This document shows, piece by piece, positions 25,533 to 32,000 of a stretch of DNA of 32,000 nt. Both the position numbers and the translations under genes were made by a program. Each line of letters starts with the position of its first letter. Positions within the stretch are counted from its first letter, which is position 1. Source of the DNA: an uncultured Chloroflexia bacterium. Its GTDB lineage: Bacteria > Chloroflexota > Anaerolineae > Anaerolineales > Anaerolineaceae. The notes beneath the pieces were generated by a model, which saw only the letters and a list, made by a program, of their open reading frames with translations, was not told where the DNA came from and searched no databases. The stretch is taken from contig OY969938.1 of assembly GCA_963704755.1 (NCBI GenBank), positions 4,800,001 through 4,832,000 of the forward strand. Direction: 5' to 3'.

Positions 25533-27026
25533 ATGAAAACACAAATCATCCAAGTCGATGCTTACGACGACGTCGTATCTATCCGGGATAAGCTCACCTG
25601 GAGCAAGGCCGGCCGGGTGCTGCTGGTGATTCCGCGCAAACGGCCACCGCGATTGGCTCGTCTGGACCTGGTGCTTTTGCAGCGCAGCGCCGCCCAGGTG
25701 GGTGGACAATTGGGACTGGTCACTATTGACCCGGATCTGACCATCGCAGCCGGGGAGGCAGGCGTTCCTGCATTTCCCTCTGTCCCGGCTGCTCAACGGG
25801 CCGCCTGGCGCACTGGCTTTTCTAACCTGTCTCGTTTCCAGTTACAACAATCAGGCCCTCGCCTCAGCCAGCAGATCCTGAAAGAAAAGCCATCCCCTCA
25901 GGCGAGCGAGCCGGCCTGGTTGCGCTGGCCAGCTTTTATCGCCGGCCTGCTGGCAATGTTGGCCCTGGGGGTCTTCTTTTTACCCTCGGCCAGCATTGAA
26001 ATTTCACCCAGCACGATGCAGCAGGAATTGGATATCCCGGTGCGGGCATCTCTGGATGTGCCCGGGGTGTTGCCGTCCGGCGCGATCCCGGCCGTGGCGG
26101 TGGAAACCACAGTTGAGAACCAGATGAGCGCCGAGACCAGCGCCACCCAGGCCATTCCGGATACGGCTGCCACCGGGATGGTTGAGTTGACCAACCTGAC
26201 GGATCAGGCGGTGGATGTGCCCTCCGGCAGCGTTTTTAGAACGTTAGGCAATCCGGCCGTCCAGTTCGAGACGACGACTGAGGTGACCCTGGACGCACAG
26301 ATCGGCGCCAGTGCAGACGTACCCGTCCAGGCCGTGCAGGCCGGCAGCCAGGGCAACGTGGATGCCGGGCAGATCCGCGGTGTGGAGGGCGACATCGGGC
26401 TGCTCATCAGCGTGGACAATGCCCAACCAATGGCGGGCGGGAGCGATCGCCAGGCGAGAGCGGCCAGTGAGCAGGATTACACCCGCCTGCATGACACGGT
26501 CATTACTGCCCTGTCCGAGCAAGCGCTCCAGGCGCTGCAAGAGCAGTTGCCGGCCGGGCAGGTCCTGTTACCCGCCAGCCTGGCAATCAAGCAGGTCGAT
26601 CAGGATGTCCGCGACCCGCAGGTAGGCCAGCCGGCAGACCAGATCAATTTACAGTTGCAGGTCACCTTTCAGGCGTTAGCGATCCAATCATCCGACCTGG
26701 CTCAGCTAGCCACCACCAGCCTGGATGCCAACTTGCCGGCCGGGTATAATCCCGGTGCTGCGGCGGTTCAATATAAAAATATCGATTCCCCCAGGGTGGA
26801 TGCGGATGGCAGCGTCGTTTGGCAGATCCATGCCAGCCGGGAGATCGTTTCCGCGGTGAACGGCGCCGAGGTTGCCGATTGGATCCATGGGCAGACCCCG
26901 CTGCAAGCCCGGCAGTACCTGTCCGGCCACCTTTCATTGCGTGCTGCCCCGGTGATCCGCTTGCAGCCGGATTGGTGGTTCATGCTGCCGGCCTTACCTT
27001 TTCGCATCGAGGTGAATATCTTATGA
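25533..27026 (+). CDS. single-pass membrane protein with an extracytoplasmic baseplate-J (gp47)-like domain; function unknown
   Basis: Soluble N-domain, then a TM helix (WPAFIAGLLAMLALGVFFL), then GMVELTN....VPSGSVFRT....FETT..V.L......DVPVQAVQAGSQGNVDAGQI......I..VDNAQPMAGGSD, which resembles the Baseplate_J pattern. The stop lies 3 nt before ruvX. Confidence 0.55.
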   Translation: MKTQIIQVDAYDDVVSIRDKLTWSKAGRVLLVIPRKRPPRLARLDLVLLQRSAAQVGGQLGLVTIDPDLTIAAGEAGVPAFPSVPAAQRAAWRTGFSNLSRFQLQQSGPRLSQQILKEKPSPQASEPAWLRWPAFIAGLLAMLALGVFFLPSASIEISPSTMQQELDIPVRASLDVPGVLPSGAIPAVAVETTVENQMSAETSATQAIPDTAATGMVELTNLTDQAVDVPSGSVFRTLGNPAVQFETTTEVTLDAQIGASADVPVQAVQAGSQGNVDAGQIRGVEGDIGLLISVDNAQPMAGGSDRQARAASEQDYTRLHDTVITALSEQALQALQEQLPAGQVLLPASLAIKQVDQDVRDPQVGQPADQINLQLQVTFQALAIQSSDLAQLATTSLDANLPAGYNPGAAAVQYKNIDSPRVDADGSVVWQIHASREIVSAVNGAEVADWIHGQTPLQARQYLSGHLSLRAAPVIRLQPDWWFMLPALPFRIEVNIL

Positions 27027-27029
27027 TCG

Positions 27030-27488
27030 ATGAAAACCGCCGGATTCTCGGCTGTCGATCCCGGAGAAAAACGCATCGGGTTGGCCGTCAGCGATCCCAG
27101 CGCTACCATTTCCCGCCCGCTGCAAGTCTTGCCGCACGTTTCCAGGGTAGTAGATGCGGCCACGATCGCCCAAATTGCCCGCGACCAGGGCGCCATCCGC
27201 ATCATCGTCGGGCAGGCTTTGGACTGGGATGGGCAGGTTGGGCCAGCGGCCCGCCGCGCAGCCCGGATCGCCGAAGAAATCGGGCGGCAGATCGACTTAC
27301 CGGTGGTATTATGGGACGAAAGCAGCAGTACCCAGGATGCCCTGTCTGCCCGGTTGGCCATGGGCGTCAAACGGCAGAAGCGCAGCGGTCACCTGGATGA
27401 CCTGGCCGCAAGTGTGATCCTCCAATCCTATCTCGAAGCCCAACGAAATTCTCTCCCATCTCTACCGGAAGCCCCCCAGGAAGATTAA
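27030..27488 (+). CDS. ruvX: Holliday junction resolvase-like / pre-16S rRNA nuclease RuvX (YqgF)
   Basis: AVDPGEKRIGLAVSD......PL and a C-terminal LDD.AA..ILQ.YL. Confidence 0.9.
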   Translation: MKTAGFSAVDPGEKRIGLAVSDPSATISRPLQVLPHVSRVVDAATIAQIARDQGAIRIIVGQALDWDGQVGPAARRAARIAEEIGRQIDLPVVLWDESSSTQDALSARLAMGVKRQKRSGHLDDLAASVILQSYLEAQRNSLPSLPEAPQED

Positions 27489-28634
27489 TTGGATATGCCA
27501 AAGCGTTCCCGCAGCAGGATCCCAGCCGGTTGTTTGTTTATACTCGTCCTTGTGGCGATTGTTCTGGCCGTCTTAGCGCTGGCCGTCATCGAAATTCCAG
27601 GCCTGGCCCGGGCCGATTTCGGCCCGCCCGACCCGAGCCTGTCCCTGCCGGATCAACTACTCTACTCGGCCCGCGTGATGATGGCACGCTCGGATTTACT
27701 CGAGCCGCTTGATCCAAACGGCCAGGAACAACCTTTCACCATCAACGCCGGCGAATCGGCCAACGCGGTTTTCTTCAGCCTGGAACAAAACGGCCTGATC
27801 CGCAGCGCAGAAGCATTCCGGGCTTATATGATTTACTCGGGCAAAGACGTTTCGATCCAATCGGGAAATTACCAGATCAGCCCGGCCTGGAATTCACTCC
27901 AAATTGCCGAAAAATTACAGGATGCAACCCCCACCGAGGCGACTTTCGTCATCCTGGCCGGCCTGCGCAGCGAGGAAATTGCCCAGGTGGTGGCGACCTC
28001 GGGCCTGGCCATCAGCGCCGACCAGTTCATGCAGGCCGTGGATAGTCCTTCGCCCGACTGGCTGCCGGCAGACCTGGCCTCGTTGGACAACCTGGAGGGC
28101 TACCTCTTCCCCGGCGAATATACTTTCCCGCGCACGGCCACCCTGAGGGATGTGATCGTCACCTTTTTAGGGCAGTTCGAGAAAAATGTGAGCGACGATA
28201 TGCGCTCGGCCTTTCAAAACAACGGGCTGACCTTGCAGCAAGCTGTTACACTGGCCTCGATTGTCCAGCGGGAGGGAGTGGTCGAGGACGAACGCCCGAT
28301 GATTGCCTCGGTATTTTTCAACCGCCTGGCCAAAGATATGTCCCTCTCGGCCGATCCAACCGTCCAGTACGCGCTGGGCTATAACCAGGCGGAAAAGACC
28401 TGGTGGACCAATCCGCTGAGTTCGGCTGACCTGGAGGTCGATTCGCCCTATAATACCTATATCCATGATGGATTACCTCCAGGACCAATATCCAATCCTG
28501 GACTCAGTGCTTTGCAAGCAGTTGCCTATCCGGCTCAGACGCCGTATTATTACTTCAGAGCCCGCTGTGACGGTTCTAGCCTGCACGCTTTTGCCGAAAC
28601 CTTCGCAGAGCACTTGAACAATGCCTGTCCCTGA
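27489..28634 (+). CDS. mltG: endolytic murein transglycosylase MltG (YceG-like)
   Basis: N-terminal TM anchor, LASIVQREG (catalytic Glu), VFFNRL, L.ADPTVQY, SPYNTY...GLPPGPISNPG and YYYF. ATG 27495 is an alternative start to TTG 27489. Confidence 0.9.
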   Translation: MDMPKRSRSRIPAGCLFILVLVAIVLAVLALAVIEIPGLARADFGPPDPSLSLPDQLLYSARVMMARSDLLEPLDPNGQEQPFTINAGESANAVFFSLEQNGLIRSAEAFRAYMIYSGKDVSIQSGNYQISPAWNSLQIAEKLQDATPTEATFVILAGLRSEEIAQVVATSGLAISADQFMQAVDSPSPDWLPADLASLDNLEGYLFPGEYTFPRTATLRDVIVTFLGQFEKNVSDDMRSAFQNNGLTLQQAVTLASIVQREGVVEDERPMIASVFFNRLAKDMSLSADPTVQYALGYNQAEKTWWTNPLSSADLEVDSPYNTYIHDGLPPGPISNPGLSALQAVAYPAQTPYYYFRARCDGSSLHAFAETFAEHLNNACP

Positions 28635-28759
28635 CCCGATTCCGATAAAATCATTAAGAACCTATCCGAAGAATATTTTTTGGGGGTATGTTTTGAGTGG
28701 CTTTCCCACCCAAAATCAAACACCTGAAGCAATTTTTGGAAAGGCACCAAGGAGGAGCG

Positions 28760-29497
28760 ATGCACGTACTGGGAATTGATATTGGTGGTTCGGGTATCAA
28801 AGGCGCCCTGGTTGATGTGGAGACGGGGGAAATGGCCAGTGAACGTAAACGGCTGCTGACGCCCAAGGGTGCAAAACCGGCCGATGTGGCCGAGGTGGTT
28901 AGCCAGGTGGTAACGCATTTCGATTACCAGGGTCCGGTCGGCTGTGGCTTTCCGGCGCCAATCCGCAGCGGGGTCGCATTGACCGCCGCCAATATCGACC
29001 ACAGTTGGATTGGGATGAACACGGACCAGCTCTTCCGCGAAGCGACCGGCCAACCGGTGTACACGCTCAACGACGCGGATGCCGCCGGGATTGCGGAGGT
29101 CAACTTTGGGGCCGGCCGGGAACTTCCACGGGGCGTCATCCTGGTGATTACCCTGGGAACCGGCATTGGAACCGCCCTTTTTGTCGATGGGCACCTGCTG
29201 CCGAACACCGAACTGGGGCATATCACGGTGCGCGGGAAAGACGCCGAGCAGCGTGCTTCGGATGCCGCCCGCCAGCGTAAGGATTTATCCTGGCAACAAT
29301 ATGGCAAACGCCTGAATGAGTATTTACACGAGATGTACCGGCTGTTCTTCCCGGGCCTGGTCATTATCGGCGGCGGGATCAGCAAGAATTACGAGAAGTT
29401 CTTCCCTTATCTGGATATCAATACCAAAATTGTACCGGCGCAGTTGCTCAATCAAGCCGGCATCGTTGGCGCGGCGGTATATGCCAGCCAGCAATAG
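28760..29497 (+). CDS. ppgK: ROK-family polyphosphate/ATP glucokinase
   Basis: [42 protein letters not shown] and ELGH. ATG 28760 directly follows GGAGGAG. Confidence 0.8.
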   Translation: MHVLGIDIGGSGIKGALVDVETGEMASERKRLLTPKGAKPADVAEVVSQVVTHFDYQGPVGCGFPAPIRSGVALTAANIDHSWIGMNTDQLFREATGQPVYTLNDADAAGIAEVNFGAGRELPRGVILVITLGTGIGTALFVDGHLLPNTELGHITVRGKDAEQRASDAARQRKDLSWQQYGKRLNEYLHEMYRLFFPGLVIIGGGISKNYEKFFPYLDINTKIVPAQLLNQAGIVGAAVYASQQ

Positions 29498-29550
29498 GCA
29501 ACCAGGGTCGCAACAACAAACACTCGAAACCCGGCGCAAGCCGGGCTTCG

Positions 29551-29650
29551 AGTGTAAATGCCAGACCAGTGTCGAAGAGCGGGCTCGGTCTGGAGACCGG
29601 CCCGAACGCTCTAGACCTGTGCCCGGCCCGAACGCTTTGGGCCCATGACC
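29551..29650. repeat. copy A of a ~75-nt GC-rich structured repeat, with an internal 26-nt partial duplication at 29611-29636
   Basis: 29551-29610 matches 29851-29910 at 57/60 positions with an offset of exactly 300 nt. The tail TTGGGCCCATGACC is shared. Confidence 0.85.
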
Positions 29651-29715
29651 GGGCCGATATTGAAGACTCCGGCCGGGCAAAATGCTGTCAGTCGAACGAA
29701 CTTTCGCTGAAAGAG

Positions 29716-29741
29716 AGACCCACGAAGGTGGGTCTTTGTGT
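29716..29741 (+). terminator. terminator-like hairpin AGACCCAC-GAAG-GTGGGTCT plus TTGTGT
   Basis: Read directly. It lies between the two repeat copies, with no annotated gene immediately upstream. Confidence 0.35.
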
Positions 29742-29850
29742 GGGTGTAGGTGCAGCTTTAGCTGCCGGTTGGATATCGAAATGTTGGTTTCCAACTCGCA
29801 AAGTCTTTGTACCAAACGTTTTCCCGGCTTGGAAAGCCGGGCTACTACGA

Positions 29851-29923
29851 AGTGTAAATGCCAGACCGGCGTTGAAGAGCGGGCTCGGTCTGGAGACCGG
29901 CCCGAACGCTTTGGGCCCATGAC
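29851..29923. repeat. copy B of the ~75-nt GC-rich structured repeat
   Basis: AGTGTAAATGCCAGACC...GGTCTGGAGACCGGCCCGAACGCTTTGGGCCCATGACC. Preceded by the hairpin CCCGGCTT-GGA-AAGCCGGG (29823-29841). Confidence 0.85.
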
Positions 29924-29964
29924 CAGGCGGATAATCGGGGATTTAATAAGATTGAGAAAAGTAA

Positions 29965-29983
29965 CCCGGCTTCGAAAGCCGGG
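29965..29983 (-). terminator. hairpin CCCGGCTT-CGA-AAGCCGGG downstream of the lyase gene (third member of the CCCGGC hairpin family)
   Basis: On the minus strand it is followed by TTACTTTTCTC. It is near-identical to 29823-29841, including the CTACT flank. Confidence 0.45.
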
Positions 29984-30027
29984 CTACTCGATTGAAATCT
30001 ATTTTTTATTAACGCCAAAGTCCAGCC

Positions 30028-31479
30028 TTACTTCCCGCCCATCAGGCCGCCTTCGGTGAATTTGCGCATGTCGGAAAATACGGACCGGATTTCGTCCTGG
30101 GTCACCAGTTGGCCGCTCTCCTTGTGCTTCAATACCCCTGCGCCAGCCTTTTCCAGGGCGACTTCCTGAATGGTCAGGTCACGGCTGAGGGCTTCTTTGA
30201 CCAGGGCCGCGCCGGCCAGGTAACCGATCACCGGGTTGAGGGCTGTGACCACGATGGTGTTGCGTGAAAGCCAACCCTCGGCTTTGGATGCGTTCGCGCT
30301 AACGCCGATGACGCATTTGGAGGCGAAGGCATTGATCGCGCCGATCATGACGTGCATCATCTCGAACAGGTCATGGGCAATAATTGGCATCATCACGTTC
30401 AATTCAAGCTGGCCGGCTTGAGCGGCCAGAGTCACGGCGGTATCCAGGCCGATGACGTGGAACATGGACATATCCAGCATTTCGGCCAGCACCGGATTGA
30501 CCTTGCCCGGCATGATGGATGACCCGGGCTGTACTGCCGGCAGGTGGATCTCGTCCAGGCCGGTGGCCGGGCCGGAGGAGAGCAGGCGGAAATCGTTGGC
30601 CACCCGGATCAAGGTCACGGCCAGGGTGCGCAGCGAGCCGGCAAAGGCGCTCATATCCGCCATGGACTGCATGCTTTCGAACAGGTTGTCGGAGGTGTAC
30701 AGCTCGATCTTGGACAGGCGTGAGAGGGTTTCGACCATACGCTGGTGGTATTCCGGGTGTGCGTTCAGGCCGGTGCCGGTGGCCGTACCGCCAATCCCCA
30801 GGCGGCGCAGACCCCTGGCGGCCTGTTCGATGCGTTCGCCGTCGCGTTCGACCGCGCGGGCATAAGCGCCAAATTCCTGGCCCAGGCGCACCGGAACAGC
30901 GTCTTGCAAGTGAGTCCGCCCGGACTTGACGATGGGGTCGAATTCGATCGCTTTGGCCTTGAGCGCATCCACCAACTGGCGGATGGCGTAATCCAGTTCG
31001 TCCAGGCGCCATAAACAGCCCAGGCGAATGGCGGTGGGAATAGTATCGTTTGTGGATTGAGACATGTTGACGTGATCGTTCGGCGAGACTTTATATTCTC
31101 CCAGGCTGCCGCCCAAAATCACGGTGGCCCGGTTGGCGATCACCTCGTTGACGTTCATGTTGTGGCTGGTGCCTGCCCCTGCTTGAAAGGGGTCCACCAC
31201 GAACTGATCGCTCCAGCGGCCGGTCATCACTTCGTCGGAAGCCTGCATGACGGCTTTGGCAATATCCTCGTTCAACAGGCCGAGTGAACTGTTAACCTCG
31301 GCTGCGGCGCGTTTGATGATGGCCATCGACCAGATAAATGCCCGGTAAGGCTTCATGCCTGTGATGGGAAAATTCAAGACGGCCCTCTGGGTCTGGGCAC
31401 CATAGAGAGCCTGTTCTGGAACATGGATTTCTCCCAGGGAGTCCCGCTCGATACGAAATGGGGCAGCTATCGTTGACAA
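30028..31479 (-). CDS. aspA: aspartate ammonia-lyase (class II fumarase/aspartase family)
   Basis: The family signature GSSIMPGKVNPVLAEM and N-terminal RIERDSLGE..VP..ALYGAQTQRAVLNFPITG; NFPITG and NPV favour aspartase over FumC. TTG start 6 nt after GGAGG. Confidence 0.75.
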   Translation of the reverse strand: MSTIAAPFRIERDSLGEIHVPEQALYGAQTQRAVLNFPITGMKPYRAFIWSMAIIKRAAAEVNSSLGLLNEDIAKAVMQASDEVMTGRWSDQFVVDPFQAGAGTSHNMNVNEVIANRATVILGGSLGEYKVSPNDHVNMSQSTNDTIPTAIRLGCLWRLDELDYAIRQLVDALKAKAIEFDPIVKSGRTHLQDAVPVRLGQEFGAYARAVERDGERIEQAARGLRRLGIGGTATGTGLNAHPEYHQRMVETLSRLSKIELYTSDNLFESMQSMADMSAFAGSLRTLAVTLIRVANDFRLLSSGPATGLDEIHLPAVQPGSSIMPGKVNPVLAEMLDMSMFHVIGLDTAVTLAAQAGQLELNVMMPIIAHDLFEMMHVMIGAINAFASKCVIGVSANASKAEGWLSRNTIVVTALNPVIGYLAGAALVKEALSRDLTIQEVALEKAGAGVLKHKESGQLVTQDEIRSVFSDMRKFTEGGLMGGK

Positions 31480-31510
31480 AATAGACCTCCAGAGGATGAA
31501 TATAAGGGAT

Positions 31511-31543
31511 AAAAAGAGGAAGTCAACGACTTCCTCTTTTTTT
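31511..31543. terminator. bidirectional intrinsic terminator between the ferredoxin and lyase genes
   Basis: AAAAAGAGGAAGTC-AAC-GACTTCCTCTTTTTTT. Confidence 0.75.
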
Positions 31544-31551
31544 GTGCAATC

Positions 31552-31962
31552 TTATTCTGCGGTTGAATATCCTGGGCCCTCGCTGTAGTAATCGTAATTG
31601 GGCTTGATATCCGCGGTGAGGTCCACCAATTCTCCAGCTTCGAGGGTGCGGGTGGTCGACAGGTGTACCGGATCCCCATCATGGTTGGACCCATTGTAAG
31701 TCTCGGTATAGCCAGGTGTCCCGGCCGGGAAGGAGACTTTCTCGCCACCTTTTGCGATATACGCAGCCGGCACTTCATCTTCGGGGAAAATTGCAGCAAA
31801 GGGACATTCCGGGATGCAAGCTCCACAATCGATGCAAGTATCCGGGTCGATGTAATACCAGGGGTATTTGGCCTCAGGCTTTCCAGGTACGATGCATTCC
31901 ACCGGGCAAACGGTTACACATCCGCCATCGCGCAAACACAGGCTGGTAATGATATGTGTCAT
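31552..31962 (-). CDS. ferredoxin with two Fe-S cluster motifs and a ~70-aa C-terminal extension
   Basis: CLRDGGCVTVCP and CIDCGACIPECP. ATG 31962 is preceded by GGAGGATCCA. Confidence 0.85.
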   Translation of the reverse strand: MTHIITSLCLRDGGCVTVCPVECIVPGKPEAKYPWYYIDPDTCIDCGACIPECPFAAIFPEDEVPAAYIAKGGEKVSFPAGTPGYTETYNGSNHDGDPVHLSTTRTLEAGELVDLTADIKPNYDYYSEGPGYSTAE

Positions 31963-32000
31963 TGGATCCTCCAAATGTAGAAGTGAAAATGATTTGTAAT

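Noticed and set aside
29324-29920. A 198-aa minus-strand ORF and 110-125-aa plus-strand ORFs across the 29.5-30.0 kb repeat region
   Set aside because: They overlap the 3' end of ppgK and the DNA repeats. Their internal peptide repeats (RSGRSPDRARSST / ERARSGDRPER) mirror the nucleotide repeat, and they have no RBS.
1-32000. A scan of all intergenic gaps for tRNA, rRNA, tmRNA, RNase P and SRP RNA signatures
   Set aside because: I could not recognise a T-arm GTTCRANYC context, a cloverleaf, or conserved ncRNA cores by eye. No RNA gene is claimed. A proper Infernal or tRNAscan run is still advisable.

Overview
This is a moderately GC-rich bacterial chromosomal segment; hand counts of typical 60-nt lines give about 35/60 G+C. 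Genes are tightly packed and use GGAGG-type Shine-Dalgarno sites. Thr/Pro-rich linkers in secreted proteins suggest a Chloroflexota/Anaerolineae-like organism, but that is only a guess. Left to right the window holds: moaC (partial), a moaD-moaE fusion, a Zn-ribbon threonine-synthase-like gene, rnc (broken by an in-frame TAG), smc, a frameshifted PrsA/SurA-like PPIase, the rpsF-ssb-rpsR operon, and a Tat-signal flavoprotein convergent with a pyridine-nucleotide-disulfide oxidoreductase. Next comes a roughly 2-kb compositional mosaic: an AT-rich TetR gene plus a very GC-rich quinone-oxidoreductase gene. After that is a five-gene minus-strand operon: DnaQ-like exonuclease, degenerate SF1 helicase-like protein, UvrD-type helicase, free-standing Cas4/AddB-type Fe-S nuclease, and RecJ. 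The rest is a ConA-like lipoprotein, an RluE-like pseudouridine synthase, a ~170-bp tandem repeat, a membrane protein with a baseplate-J-like domain, ruvX, mltG, a polyphosphate glucokinase, a second repeat/hairpin cluster, an aspartase/fumarase-family lyase and a ferredoxin. I saw no tRNA, rRNA, CRISPR array, transposase or integrase. The strongest candidate for a new system is the five-gene nuclease/helicase operon (14900-23025), which reads like an AddAB-type end-resection machine split into separate polypeptides. Three otherwise well-conserved genes carry single-site lesions (rnc nonsense, PPIase +1 insertion, lipoprotein signal-peptide -1 deletion). These are either real pseudogenisation or recoding, or assembly errors, and should be checked against reads.
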